DNA of 63,022 bases, filler included, from Choristocarpus tenellus KU-1152 (taxonomy: Eukaryota; Protista; Phaeophyceae): the NCBI GenBank assembly GCA_964200185.2. It is 12 parts of 12 records of this genome, joined end to end, with 100 filler letters (N's around TTAATTAATTAA, not from the genome) between each part and the next. Parts side by side here need not be neighbours in the genome. Positions count along the whole stretch, not along the records: positions 37,980 to 42,771 come from CAXNAD020013040.1; positions 42,872 to 47,782 come from CAXNAD020012566.1; positions 47,883 to 53,128 come from CAXNAD020011364.1; 9 more parts are not named here. One strand, written 5' to 3'. The notes under the pieces were generated by a model. It did not search any database, was not told the DNA's origin, and saw nothing but the letters and a program-made list of their open reading frames with translations. The translations under genes were made by a program, and so were the position numbers. Positions 38,103 to 51,879 of the stretch are shown piece by piece; the stretch's first letter is position 1, and the number at the start of each line of letters is the position of its first letter.

Positions 38103-39480
38103 TTGATTCATTGAGAAGAGATTAAATTCAAACCCAGAGGCTAGTGACAAATCACCTATGGGTGAAATTTGTAGAACCTTTCCATCCCCAACAGTCACCG
38201 ATTTCCCTACCACATGTTTTGGATCTATCAGAGCAGTAGGGTTATTTGTCGTATGTCCCAAACACCCACTGTCAAAGAACCAAAGTTCATCCAATTCCAC
38301 AAGACTCTCATCGCTGCTTACCGAGGAGAATCCCCCAAGCTGTACTGGTGTACCACCCACTTTGTGTCCCCCATCATCAGCTTCACCAGTGTTGGTTGCA
38401 TCCCCTCTCCCCTTCCCTTTTTTATTCTTCCTCTTCCTTCCGGGATATGGTCCAGAGTTAGTCGATCCTTGACCAGTCCCTCCAACAACTCCAGCACGTT
38501 TAGGAAAACAGTAAGCCTTGTGTCCTGTCACTCCAAAAACATAGCAAGCACCTATGTAGGATCCAGAACATGAGAAAATAGCAGTGGGGCAAGAGTATTG
38601 AAAGTGTGATCCTCCACAAAGCCAGCACTCCACACGTACTGATTTTCAATTCTTTCGATATCCTGTGTTTCCACCTCTCGTACGTGCTCCACCAGCCATC
38701 AATGCTCACCATTGCTCACCATCCATCTTTCTTGTCTTTCTCGTAAGAAATAGGTCTCACAGGCTCGTCTTTGAAGATCAAGTCTAGTGGCACACCGTCT
38801 CCCAGTAACCTGACGAATCTTGATAAAGTATGAATCAGTTAAACAGTTGTGCATGGCACTCAATTGTGCCTCCTCGCTAGGCTCATCATCAATAGATATC
38901 ATCTTCTTCACAATGCTGTCTAGTTCCATAATGAAGATGGACGGATCCTCCCCCACTGGTGATGAAGCGAATTTCGTTTGGACCGCATCGTAGCCTCCCA
39001 GTGATTCCACCTCTGGCAAAATGGTTCCTCAAAGCTTGAAATGCTTCCGAAGGACTGTCATGGTTATCGGCAACTTGTTTTGCTAGTCCATCCAAGCCCA
39101 TTACCAAAGTTGCCATATTCATGCTCGCTTTTTCAACTTCTCGCTCCCTCCATTTCGATTCATCAAAACATCACAACTCACCCTGATGTGATCTTCTGAC
39201 AATAGAATATCTTTCCATCCCCCCATGGCAGCACATGAAAGGAAGTTTCTCTCCAAAGTTGCATAACCTTCCCCACCATCTTCACCACTATAAACTTTGA
39301 ACTTTGACGGGAGTGGAATCAGCCGCCACATTCACTGTCCTGTAGTAGTTGTCTGTTGCATGGTTCTGCCAACTGCCTCTTCATTTTCGTCCTCTGACTC
39401 GACTACCCCTCCACACCATCAACCAGTGTTGTAGGTGTCGTTTCTCGATACTCCCTTCTCAAAATCCGTCTGCTGTAACC
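38103..39480 (-). mobile_element. Ty1/copia retrotransposon relic (gag, zinc knuckles, protease)
   Basis: Frameshifted gag (SPSEAFQALRNHF; EDPSIFIMELDSIVKKM), degenerate knuckles CWLCGGSHFQYSCP and CYVFGVTGHKAYCFP, protease WFFDSGCLGHTTN followed by VTVGDG and FEFNLFS. Confidence 0.85.
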
Positions 39481-40159
39481 GATGGCCCCCTCCATCGGGA
39501 CACTCCCTCCAATCAATTTACACTAGCCTTGAAAACTTAGCACACTTCAATAAGTAATGCTAGCTAGCATGTTAAAGAAGCTGATGCTCCAAGACTACTT
39601 GCGTATGTAAGTGACTTGATTGAACCCTTTATCGGGTTGAACAGAGGTTGTAGATGAAGTAAGGAAGGGGAAAGGAGGAGTGAGCATCCAAGTCCAAAGG
39701 GAGGGGGGGGTCCTTGCCACCAAATCATTCCTATTCTATGGATCAGTAATCACTAATCACAAACTACTTCCTACAATGCTTCCTATTCCTGAACTCTTCC
39801 ATATTCTAGTTGTTGAACCCAAACATGTCTTCTATTCTTCAAAACACAAATATTGTCTCTTCATACTTAGATTGTTTCTTACAGAATCATCTGTAGGATT
39901 AGACTCTTCCAACTCTATCGGACAGTTGTGGTAAACCGTATATGGAGTAAGAGAACAATAATTAGCGATCAAGTTATCAGAACATTTTATTAGTGATTAG
40001 CTATATGAGAACATTTCTCATATAAAAGGAAAATATCTGATTCTATGGGGTGCTGCATGCCCCACTTAGCTTTAATCAATCATTCTACAGACATCAAGCA
40101 ATCTCCCTGGGTTATCACCTTTATTATTTTGGAGGATTTGGATGATACTTTAACACAAT

Positions 40160-42771
40160 GTATTGTACCTTAGGTTTCTAACCCGTCGTTTCATCGTGTC
40201 TTCACATGGAAATAAGATTCTACCTAATCCTGCCGAGGGCCCATCTGTTCAAGAATTCCGACAGCTTATGGCGACGGTAGCGGATCTGCCAAGAAACACA
40301 GGCAACAGAAATCATCCCGTCATCCAGGCCACTGTGCCCATCACACGGCCTCCGGCTGGGCATGTACCAGTCGAAGTGGGTCCTATGGAACCCATATTGA
40401 GGAAAAAATTCCCGGAGAGGGGAAACAGTTTGGATGCTGTGAGCGTCAGAAGTGGGGCGAGCCGGAGGCCCAGTGCTTCGGTGAGTTTGGGGCCAGGCAC
40501 ACATATTGTTCACCCTAAGACTAAGAGGTCAAGGACTCAGCCACCAAAACTATTGGACGACTCAGAGTACCAAGGCTGGCGAAGGCGTTTCATCATGCAT
40601 TATCAATATACCCACTGCCTGGGTGCGTTGACGAGTGAAAGACCAGTTAATCAATAACCCTCCTACGAGAAACTTCTCTCCGATGGTTTCAGTGCGAATA
40701 ATATCTGGATGGCCGAGGAGTTTTACCATGCACTTACTGTTGGCTCTTGTCGCACCCACCACCGGGGCTCTATGCTATACTCAACCAAAGCCTGAGCGAG
40801 CTTTTCTGAGCAGTAGATGATTGGTTCATGCCGAACAAGGTGGGTAATAGCCAACATTCGTTCCGCGAATTTTTCTCTTCGAAGGTGGAGAAGGGGGTGA
40901 ATCCCCTCCTGATCTTAACCCAATTGGAGGAGTTACGGGGGAGGATACTATCAATGTACCTCCTCATCTCGAACAAGCTGCTGCTCCTACAGTTTCTGAG
41001 TGCTCTCGGATCAGATTACAATATACCAAGATACGCATGCTGGTCTCGCAGAGGGCACTATGTCGAGCAGATGTAGAGAAAACTGTTAGAGAGCAATATG
41101 CTACCCTTCATGACGGGAAGGACTCAAGATACAAGAACAGCCACGCTTTGATTGTTAGCAGCAGCTCATCATAGAGGAAGAATCAGTCTCATTGTAACGG
41201 CCAAGGTCGTGGAATCGAACATATATTTCATGATGGAAGAGAAGGAAATGGTTCTAATTCCAAGAATAATATTTCCGAGAAAATTCCTTGTGGGAAATAT
41301 GGTAAGAATGGGCACGAGAAGGAAGCCTACCCAAGCTGCATTTGCAGCAAGTGTGGTAAACGTGCCCATGATGCTACAACATGTACTTCAGTGTTCATGA
41401 CTATGGTGGAGTAGGGGAAAGAAAAGATCGAGACCGAGGCAAAACCTTCTCACATTACTGTGGAAAGTGCGACCAGCAGCGATGACAACAAGCGGTACGC
41501 ACTACTGGCCACCACTGATGACTCTCCGAGCAGCAATGCTCCAGACAAGTGTGATGTAAACGAATGTTTGGTGTCAAGTGTTGGGGTTGGCCGCGAGAGA
41601 GAAGAATAGATTTTGACAGTGTGGCTTCATGTGCCACATAGCAAACATGATGACATACATGACTAAAGACAAGCCTTGTGTAGCAGATCGAAGGGTAATC
41701 ACTGCCAGCTAAAATTCCTTTCGCATCGTTGGCCATGGTGATCTATCCATCTTGCTTCCCCCATGTGACAACAAGGCAATAGAATTACTCCTCCAGAATG
41801 TCACGCATGTCCCAGATCTTGGATTCAATCTCTTCTCTTGCCAAGCAGCAGCAGATATGTGTGCGAAATGCATTTACACAGCCAGTACATTTTCGTTTCT
41901 AGGTAACAAACTTATCTTCACAAGAGGATCCTGGTTGTCATTATACCCCCCACGGTCAATGTATATTGCCGCAACCGGGTCGAAATACTGCAGTTGCTTT
42001 GAAGGCCACCATAGCCCCCTCGCTTGCACCTCACGCTCCCCACACCGACGTCGACATTAACCTCTTCCATCGCTCTTATGACCACGTACACAAGGCGTTG
42101 CTCAAAGTCTACCGCCACTTCAATGGACAATAAATACATTGGTGGGTGAACTGGAGCCATGTGCGGGCTGCTCTATGAGCAAGGGCATCCAGAAGGGCGT
42201 CCGGTCCAGCACGTCTTCAAGGGTGGTGAGAAAGCTGGGTCAGGTTTTTGTCAATCTAAGTGGGAAGAGGGCTACCCTTTCAATTGGTGGTAAACAATAT
42301 ACCATGATAATCCGGGACAACTATTCTAGTTTTATTTGATTGTATTTCCTTCGTGCTAAGTCGGATGCCACCGAAGCCTTCAAGAAGTACTTGGCCGATA
42401 TCCAGGCTGATGGTACTCCCTCTCGGGTCATGTGCGTGTGGTCTGATAACGGGGGGGAATTTTATGAGGGTGCTTTCGGTACTCTTTGCCATGATCGTGG
42501 GTTAAGACAGAAGTTTACACCTGAAGACAGCCCTCAATTTCATGGGGTTGCTGAACGAATGCTGGGTATTATTGATGAAGCTTCATTAGCTGCCCACCTT
42601 CAAGCTCCACTACTTTTCCCCCGTATCACTATCCCCAAGACAGACTCTCTATGGGCTGAAGCTCAACACTACGTTTGTGACTCAGTCAATTGCACATCGA
42701 ACATGGCTAACCCTGGTTATAAATCACTGTATGAAATGTGGTATGGCACCCCTGCACCCCTGTTGACCTAA
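40160..42771 (+). mobile_element. Ty1/copia retrotransposon relic (gag to integrase), truncated by contig end
   Basis: gag-like frames, knuckle CSKCGKRAHDATTC, VTHVPDLGFNLFS, pre-integrase VDINLFHRSYDH and CAGCSMSKG, integrase YFLRAKSDATEAFKKYLAD...WSDNGGEF...FHGVAER...LWAEA; stops and frameshifts throughout. Confidence 0.92.
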
Positions 42772-42871
42772 NNNNNNNNNNNNNNNNNNNNNNNNNNNNN
42801 NNNNNNNNNNNNNNNTTAATTAATTAANNNNNNNNNNNNNNNNNNNNNNNNNNNNNNNNNNNNNNNNNNNN

Positions 42872-43075
42872 CCCCTTGGTAATCAAGGAAGACGTTTTCT
42901 GGATGAGTTGGCCACGCACGCAGTAGGGGGGAGAGGGGGGGTAGGCTACATCAGGAAAGGGGCTGTCAAATCCCATTTACGACAGATAGTGTCTATCACA
43001 ACGCAAGTGGTTCTATCAAGAGGGGTCATGGGTTTTAAGCTGGAGACACCAGGGAGATGGGCAAGGAGGGTCATA
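42872..43075 (+). mobile_element. 3' end of RLE-type LINE, same family as 8160-9362
   Basis: LGNQGRRFLDELATHAVGGRGGVGYIRKGAVKSHLRQIVSITTQVVLSRGVMGFKL; direct nucleotide similarity to the reverse complement of ~8180-8390. Confidence 0.8.
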
Positions 43076-43697
43076 TTATATAAATATATAAATGTAAGGG
43101 AGCTAAAGTGACATGAAACAAGTGGAGATTGCCAAATGTTAAACTCTTTGTTTGAAACACCATGTAGTAGAGTTATTAGTAATATTATAATAATGGATCA
43201 AGCAATTCTCATCTCCTACACGCCATTCCCAACATGTGACTCAGCAGGTAAGTGGTTTCACTACTCTTGAATCATGGCAAGAGAGACACCGGCATGAGAT
43301 AAACTATATTATTTTTAACTTCCAAAAACATCCCCTCCACAATCGGTAATTCTGCAGTACGCGACAAATACCCTTAGTGTGATCATGGCTCAGCAATAAG
43401 AACTTTGTACGGAATAGACATTGCAGCAACAGCATAGGTAAGGGAATACTCAAGAGACAGAGCAAAAGTTTGAGTGGGCGCTCCTCCAAGTTTGAACCAA
43501 TGAGAAGTGCACCGACTGGTTGTGTATATTCCAACACCAGCTGTTATTACAGAAAATACGTAGCACATTTCTGTTGTGGCGTTCTGCTAACCGCTCGCCC
43601 TTGAGAGTGATAAGGGAACTACCCATGATGTTTGCTGGGGCTCTTCTGTGCCCTTATTCTACCTCCGGAAAACCCATTTTGGAAGGGTTTTTGTTCC

Positions 43698-44655
43698 TCA
43701 AATTTGTCCCAAAACTACATTGGTGACAATGTCTGATTTCGTCTTCTCAGGTTTTGATAGATAGATCGCTCTGTAAAGAGTCTTAGCTGATTTAGCCTGT
43801 ACCTCAACCTACAGAGAATTGAGCAAGAGGGTTCAGATTTTTGGGATGGAGGCACTACTTAAGCTTAAGATCCGAATACTCATGACTGCAGTACCATATT
43901 GAGGTCCTACTCTATATGGTTTATGTGAAATGAATAATCCACCAGGGTAATTGCGTCAAGTTCCAATCCCACCATCAGAATTCCTACCACGCTGCATCAG
44001 ATTTCAAAAACTAGAGCACACCGATCGCATACCCTTCTGTCTTACTATAAAAAAAGATATGCCCTTGTGAAGACTAGTTGTGTCGAACGTACGAAGGTGT
44101 ATTTGATATATAGCTTCCTTCTCTTGTACTTCCAGATCCTACATACGTACTCTACTACAAACTACACACGATAGGTATCATATCCCCGGCAAAGTTTCCC
44201 ATCCTTTCGCTGTTGTCTCTTGTCCTGATTAATGTATAACTTGGAGTTAAAGCTTTAAAGAGGGTAGGGCCAAGTCCGTTCGGGGTCATTAATCCAATAA
44301 ATTTTGCCTATTGTGCTTGTTAGTAAGTGTCAATGTGCTTGCTCCAGACACACCTTTCGTAGTCGTATACATTTTAGGTAACTGTGCTCACACAAAAAAC
44401 TGAAAAAGGGTATAAAAAACCCTTGGGAAGCCAAGTCTCGAACAGACAAACAGGGCAAAACTTTAATTCTCTTAAATGCTTTGGGTCTTCTATACCATGT
44501 CCCTTTGAATTTTCCTATTTTTTATCTTTCTGCTTTACATTCGGTGGCAGCGAGTTCTTAGAACACAAGCGGGATAATTCCGTGAGAGCCAAGAGGTCAA
44601 CGTAAGCACCGGTATATCCCAGCCTGCTGTGAAATTCGGTCAAAATTACCGTGAT
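43698..44655 (-). CDS. Tentative three terminal exons of an unknown protein
   Basis: Phase-0 GT-AG exons 44539-44655 (ITVILTEFHSRLGYTGAYVDLLALTELSRLCSKNSLPPN), 44046-44138 (DLEVQEKEAIYQIHLRTFDTTSLHKGISFFI) and 43698-43808 (VEVQAKSAKTLYRAIYLSKP...VVLGQI*) join without stops; no family recognised. Confidence 0.45.
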
Positions 44656-47600
44656 CTATCTCTAGCTAGACAGGAGGGTATTGAAATGGATTTCTGTTTC
44701 ATTCGAAGTTTTTTTTCCATGTGACTTTGCCCGAATTGACTAAAGATACCAATCATTTGCTAGCTTGAACTCCTCACAGGTTTTCTCCATGAATTTTCCT
44801 TTTTAATTTTTGTCTTAATCGAGAACTACTATTGAACCTAACTTTTGCTCTTGAGTACAGAGTACATACTGGAGTACCTGTTATTCAGATTGATTTTCAG
44901 AACAATCCTTACTTTGTACAGGCAGTACGTGTTTTAACAAAGAATCCTAATGAGCGTAGAAGTGTACACTCACCTCCCTTATTTAGGAGTAAGGCTGTAC
45001 CAAGCCGCTGATACACTACTACTGTATAGTACAAGACCAGGATGCGACATAGCACTCTTCAATTTGAACGTGGTTGAGGGTAATTGGTGGAGGCTGTCTG
45101 GGAGTCGGTTGGAGTACAGAATCAGCGATTGTCACTCGCCGTGAAAAAGTGAAAATGTTGTTCCACGGGACTGTAACATGCACTTGATATAGTAGCTTGC
45201 TGACGAAACACTCTCAAGGAATAATCCCAATCTTGTTCAAACCATAATGTTCCATATAATTACCGATTATCATTTCTCAGCAATCCCTGCTATCTGTGCT
45301 TGACACCATCCACTGATCGTATGTTCTACTAGTAGACAATGGATTTTATCTGTTTGGATCAATTATGTATAATGCAACGTTTTCTCTTGCTATGACATAT
45401 GACCCCCCTTCTATTGCCTCCTTGTTGTGGTGAGGCACTCTGAATGCTATTTATCCCGAAAGAGGTGGACGCTGGTATTTGTGTAGATGCCATGGTTTTT
45501 GGATTACCTACACGTGTCTGGTATGTTTTTATTTTTGAAAACTGATTGTGATTGTAATGAAGTTGACAAGAAAGACTTGTACTATTTGATTTGTGACTCT
45601 TTCAGTGAAAAACCATTAAATCCAATAACTGTCGTGGTGGTTGATTGTTTTTAGACAAATTCACCTTTTTGTGCTTGTCAGCTATTTCCCAACTATAGCA
45701 AGCACATTCAATGTGTGTAACCCATAGAGTCGGCCTTTTATTGGCGGACATACACAAGGTGCAAGTAGTGGTAGCAATTTGTCAGGGATTGCTTGTCGGG
45801 TTTCGCTGCGTATCCACCCAGATGAAGGGATGTGACGACGACCTCTCTAGCAAGTTCCGCTTTGTTTGCCTACCTTTAACATCTTTGTTCTGACCTGGTA
45901 GAAATGACGTACCATTCCACTGTGTGTTCATACGAGGAGATTGTGCCGTGCAAGTACTCTGAAACCTTTGTGTCATTGATTGGTTTGCAAATAAACACTA
46001 GTTGAGTTCACCCCCATCAGTGGTTTTCGCAAGTCAGTAGATGGCTTTGGCGGGTCATCATTTTGGGCGGTGAATATATTGGCAAACCCTGAGAGAACTT
46101 AACTGAGGAAGCATCCCATCCTTCAGGTTGGGGTGTTGGGACTTAATCTTGGTAGGAAGACTCTTACAAGTTGCAAGTTGTTTGTTGATTTTGCGGCATT
46201 ATTTAACAGAGTGCACTGTGTTTTTGTTCTACTTAGTTCTTAGGTATTTTTATAACTGTGAAGATTGAACAACGGATTTATTATAGATGTCGAGTTTTAG
46301 AAATGGCAGGTGCTAAGGATTTTCTCGTGAGGCGTTTCTACTAACTGGTCATCTCATGATACAGTGGTGTTGCAGTGTAATCAAACTACTGTTGTACAGT
46401 GCATATGGAGTTAGGATCAAGAGTGCCAACTTTGCGCTGACCTTGCTCTGAAAGTGTCCTGCTTTTTTGATGGCACCTCTATGAAGCATCCTTTACAGGT
46501 CTCGAGCGATTTAGGGGTTAGGAGAAGATTCGATGGGACACGTATAATCTGCCTTGGAGTATGCCAAGTTTTTGCTGGGTTTGCCGCACTTGCAACAGCA
46601 GGCATTGCTGTCTCAGATTTTCTTTCCATGAAGTAAGGACTTTCCATCTCTTCTGGCAATCATTAGTCACTATTAGTGGAAATATTTTCACTACTACTAC
46701 TACTACTGTTAGTCCCGATTGAGATTTAAATGATACACATACTAGAGACTGCTCATAGGTGTCTGAGCTACGAAGGGTGTTCGTAGAGACTCTTCCAACT
46801 ATATGGGATATCACCGGTGCATACGGAGTACAAGCATAGTGTAACCGTTCCATGATTGATACGAACATGAAAAGGACCGAATTATTAATTGTCGAGTTCG
46901 AGCATCAAGTGGTACCCAGAAGTACGCACTACAAGGACAGTAGCTGCTTCATATCCTCCCAGTTCCAGGATGATCTCCAACCAATACTGACCCACGTTCG
47001 ATAACATCCCAAGTTGAAACTTCATCCCATGCATGTATGTGACAGGTCAGGGGAATCATGTCTCATTACCCTGTGTTTGTGCCGAAAACATTTCAAAGTA
47101 CTCAAGAGTGGTAGGAACAAGGATCTCATTCTCCACAAGATCAAAGACGAGACGAGGGTGACTGTGAGTTTGCCCCCACTTCAAACACCCATAGTGATGG
47201 TCCTCAAAGTTGAGAAGGTTCAGTAACGTGTGATGTGCTACAGTGCTTGGGTTCCAACAAAGACAATGGGGGGCTTCAGGCTACAAAATAGCTAGATAAC
47301 ACCATGAGAAGGTGATGGCCACTCGGTAAATACCATCCACAACTCCTCTCAGTGTGGCTGTGGAACGTGGCCATCCACGTAGAAATTTCTTGTTGCAGCA
47401 GGAAGCTTGATCTGAGGAATTGGCAGCACAACGGAGGAAAGAGAGAAGGATAAGACCAACGTGAGATTTAGGTAATGGAGGCAAAGTATAGGTAATTCAT
47501 GACGAAGGGAGGGGGGGGGATGGAGAACTTGTCCCGAATGGTCAGATGCACCGGAGTGATATCAAAATGACCCTAACTCTGAGAAGTACGGAATAAAATA

Positions 47601-47882
47601 TTTGTTAAAAAAAGAAATGATGTTCAGCCTACACAACGGATGAAACCAGAAGTGTGACTAAAATCGAAAGCGCGGGAACATGCTTCCGATTTATCCAGCC
47701 AGAGACAGGAAAGTGGAACACGTAAGGTGTAACACCCCCCCCCCCCCCCCCCACCCCCAGACCCAACCCCCTCCCCCCCGCCNNNNNNNNNNNNNNNNNN
47801 NNNNNNNNNNNNNNNNNNNNNNNNNNTTAATTAATTAANNNNNNNNNNNNNNNNNNNNNNNNNNNNNNNNNNNNNNNNNNNN

Positions 47883-47921
47883 GTGTTTATGAAACCGCCA
47901 TCAAGACATATTGCCTGTAAC
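47883..47921 (-). mobile_element. Partial copy of the ~200-bp LTR family at contig start
   Basis: TTTATGAAACCGCCATCAAGACATATTGCCTGTAACA aligns with 25169-25205. Confidence 0.65.
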
Positions 47922-49589
47922 AAATCCCCTTAAAACACTAATATTTTAGATTCACACCAAGCCACATAATGTCCTCTGCAAAGACATATTACTGATAATC
48001 TTAAGTGCATGTCCAGTGTGGAGTGCTTCAACAAAGAAGACTGTGAAAGGGAGTGAATCAGCGACAGATTGATGAACGTTCAGATCCTGCTGATGACAAT
48101 AATTCAAGGGTGGCTAAGTTCACTGTGGGAAACGTTCAAATTGATCCTACAGACAAGAGTTGGAGGGTGGAAGACAACGGAAGAAGGAAAAGAGAGCATC
48201 TACATAGATACTTTTTTTTATGGTGCTTTCTACTATTTACTAAACTTTCAAAACATTCAACAACGAGTCAAGCAATCATTTGACCAACATATTGCGTTTT
48301 GAAGAACACAACTAAAACATATAAAGCACGAAACCACAAAGCCTTCAAACCACCACTGATACCCAGAAGTAAAAGCCTGCATCAGCCTAGCAAAAGCGTA
48401 CATTCGCCTAAAGAGGGAGGTTACAAAGATGTAAAACAGAGGTTTCACGGTCAATCTCTGACCCCACCCGCAACAAGTCAAATGTATCACAAACACTGCG
48501 AAATACTAAGAACATATCTTACGAATCACCTCTTTCTGACCTCTGGAGGACTATTAATATAACTACTGAAGAAGAGAGTGGCCTTTCCATGTCGACAAGC
48601 AAGATCCCAATCCTCGTATGAAGCTTGTCATGGAGACATTGATTCCAAAGGAGGACTCAGAATCCCTTGAGGGGTTCACCTCCCAAGCCATTGACTGCAT
48701 GTATTCACCCATGCAGACATGCAAGGTTTGCATTCATCTTGCAAATCAATCATTAAAAATTAATTACAGATTACAAAACGCCCCCCCCCCTCCATCTTTC
48801 CTGAAGGTTGTTTAAGCTTAGGAGTTTGTGAGTCCTGGATACGGACACCTTTGATGAGGGCAAAAAAGAATCTTGTTCCTGGACTTCCCCATAAACAAAA
48901 AGATCCAATACCTCATAGAGGTGATAACTGACACCTGTACTGGTTACACCATTGATATAGACATGCCTCTATGGTAGACCTCTATGTATCATTCACCAGT
49001 TTCGGTATATTTGGCAGCATCAATGAGTTGACTTGCCAACTACAAGAAGATCATGTATCACACACTACCACAAAACCAGAGAGCTACACACCATATCGAC
49101 TATCATGACAACAGCCTTTGGGAACGCGAAAACCTGGTGTTGCACACTTCCTATAAAAACATTAAACTATAAAGACGTGAACCCTGGCGGTCAATATGTG
49201 TACTTGTTGTCTTTGGGACAAAAACGTCTCTAATGTGCTCTATGGTGTGTATCATAATTTACTAAAAAAAGGGTCACAATTACGTGACCACCAAACCGCA
49301 TGGAGAACATAGCCAAAACACGAATCAGGTCCAAACTCAGAGACTATTGTTATGAACAACAACCCACTCTCCAAGTACGTTCTTGCATATCATAGCGAGA
49401 GTACTTGTCACCATACATGTGATTTTGCACGACGATTGAATGGGATAGACAACACTGATTCTTCGAGAAGTGCTAGCAACAAATTTTGTTCATACCTCTC
49501 AACACAAAAATATCAATCTCTACATTACCCTTTGCATAATTTCTACTTGCAACTGGTTCCACAGTACTAGATTACGTTACAGTACATAA

Positions 49590-49760
49590 GCACATTGGGT
49601 CATGCATGCACTCAGGCTCTTCTTGGTCCAATAATCGATACAGAAATAAATGGACCGCTTACATGGCAATACCACAAGAACAGACGGAGACAAGAGCAGG
49701 CCTTGTCCACCCACAGTCTGGCAGAAGCCCAGTACTACAATGGTACACGTGGTTGTCACA
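49590..49760 (+). mobile_element. Possible very old copia RNase H fragment
   Basis: NGPLTWQ..RRQEQALSTHSLAEAQY resembles GxPISWxSKxQxxVALSTxEAEY; single motif only. Confidence 0.25.
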
Positions 49761-51879
49761 ATCTTGGAAATGTTTGCACGATGATGCGACTTCATAGTCC
49801 CAGTACCTGCACATAAAGTGCTGACGGCCTCTAGACGTCACTGGGACGTTTTCACCTCTTCCACGTCAAAGAAGTGTCGGCGATGGGATCGCTTAGCAAC
49901 TCCACAGCGTCTAGGTGTGGCACCCGAGGAACGAGTCCCTCTACCCTTGAGCAAAGGTGGGAGGGACAGAGAACGGCGTCCTCGGCCTCCGTCTGAGTGT
50001 CTCGGTGGGTCGGGTTCCTGAACGTCAGAGCAAGGAGAGGAACAGGAGGCGTAGATTGCAATAGGTTGTATAGGCTACATTGAAAAAACGGAGATAGGTG
50101 TCATTTTTCGGAAAGTCACAAGGTATCTGGCAACAACTGTCTGGAACGATCATGATAAAGGAACTCTTTGAAGTGTTTGCAAACCCTCAAATGCACGAAT
50201 GGAGGTCAACGACATTGCATATGGTAAACTGCGAAACAGTCTCATTCGGTATCTATACTCGTTCTCTCTCCCCTACCCCTGGTTTATGTTATCCAAGCGG
50301 TTCGTGCTGACGGCATAATGATATAATATATGGTCGTTGTGAACCTCTTCCATCACTACGACAAGCGGTGAAATAAAACATTTGATAACTCCAATGTTTG
50401 GGCATCCTGGAGAGTGGATATAGATTTGGGTCATCTCAACGAGTCTTCTACGGCAGTACAACTAGTACCTTGGACCAACTTTATCCTACGTCATTTGCTT
50501 GTTGGAAGCTTGTTTTAACGACACGCCATCTTGTCAAAGACAAAAATCCTCTACGAACTCTTCTCACGTCGTCAAACAGTCTTGGGTCGTTGACAACAGC
50601 AGTAGGAGGCCGTCGATGCAAGGAGATCTTCGCCCTAGGCATGACTGTTGCTTTGTTTTCTTGGCTATTCTCCAAAGTACCGTCGGTGATATCAGGAGTT
50701 TCTTAAAGTGTCACCAACAGATGTAGCACAGAGGTGGTGGCGATCTTCCAGACGACTCACCCTCCACAGCAAAAACGATGATTGGGTCTCAAGTCTTAGA
50801 GGAGTGAAGAAGTTGTTTCACTCCAGAGAGGGTTCCCTCCAATAGAGACAGGTGAAGTGAAAGAAAGTCTAGGAGTTACACACTGCACAATGTGGCACGA
50901 TTTGATAGAATCTGCCACAAATCTAGTCTCACACTTGAACAATCACACTGGCTGTACAATCAGTGTTTATACGGTTGAGTTCAAATAGAGTGTTGAGACC
51001 CCTGTCCAGTACCCACACATCCTTGTTTTTGTTTTCTTCTGAATTTATCCCCCCTACTTCCTTCAAGTCTAACTACTGTTCAATATTATTTTCTTTTTCT
51101 GGAACTAGATGTATACTTACACAATGCGTCTAATGAATCTTGGAGATGCAGAATGTTTGACTTGTGAGATTTGTGTTGACACAATATTGCAGAACAAATA
51201 TTTCAAGATCCAAAGCATGAAGGGCGAAAATATACAAGATTGAAGATGTGGTCCCCCAATCAACACACCAACACCAGAAATATAACAATCCTATCTTTTG
51301 ATCTACATAACCTTCTTCACACTTCACCAATATATAGATTTTGAAGAAAGTAGCACGCCAGAGGGAAGAGGCATATTTTGTTTGACCGCTTGGTCTTTCC
51401 AAAGGAAGGGATTAGGAGGTAAAAGAACTTACTGATATAAATTACTTGCGGTATGTGTTTCTCGTGAATACCATCAACCTATACATAACCTACATATAGA
51501 GAACTTCAGTTATATTTTCATTATTATGCTCTCTGACATTTTGCAGATGTGTCAAGTATATCATTTGTTGAATAAATGAAGACAGAAGTGGCATTATTGT
51601 ACCTACCAAAAAAGTGCCGAGTGGCATTTATAGGGAATAAGTATCTACTCTGTTATGTGACCTAAGTTCAAATCTACAATTAGGTAGGCTGCAAATGCAG
51701 AAAATTGTTCGTACCCATTTCTATTAAAATCGTGAAAAAAAAACTCCTTTACTTACTACCACATCATTTCTTTTATCCTTTTTTTTGTATTCCATAGTTG
51801 GACCATAACACTTCCTCCATTCACAATTGAATGGAACATAACTTTTGCAACCTCCATTCTTATCTATAAACGACTCACA

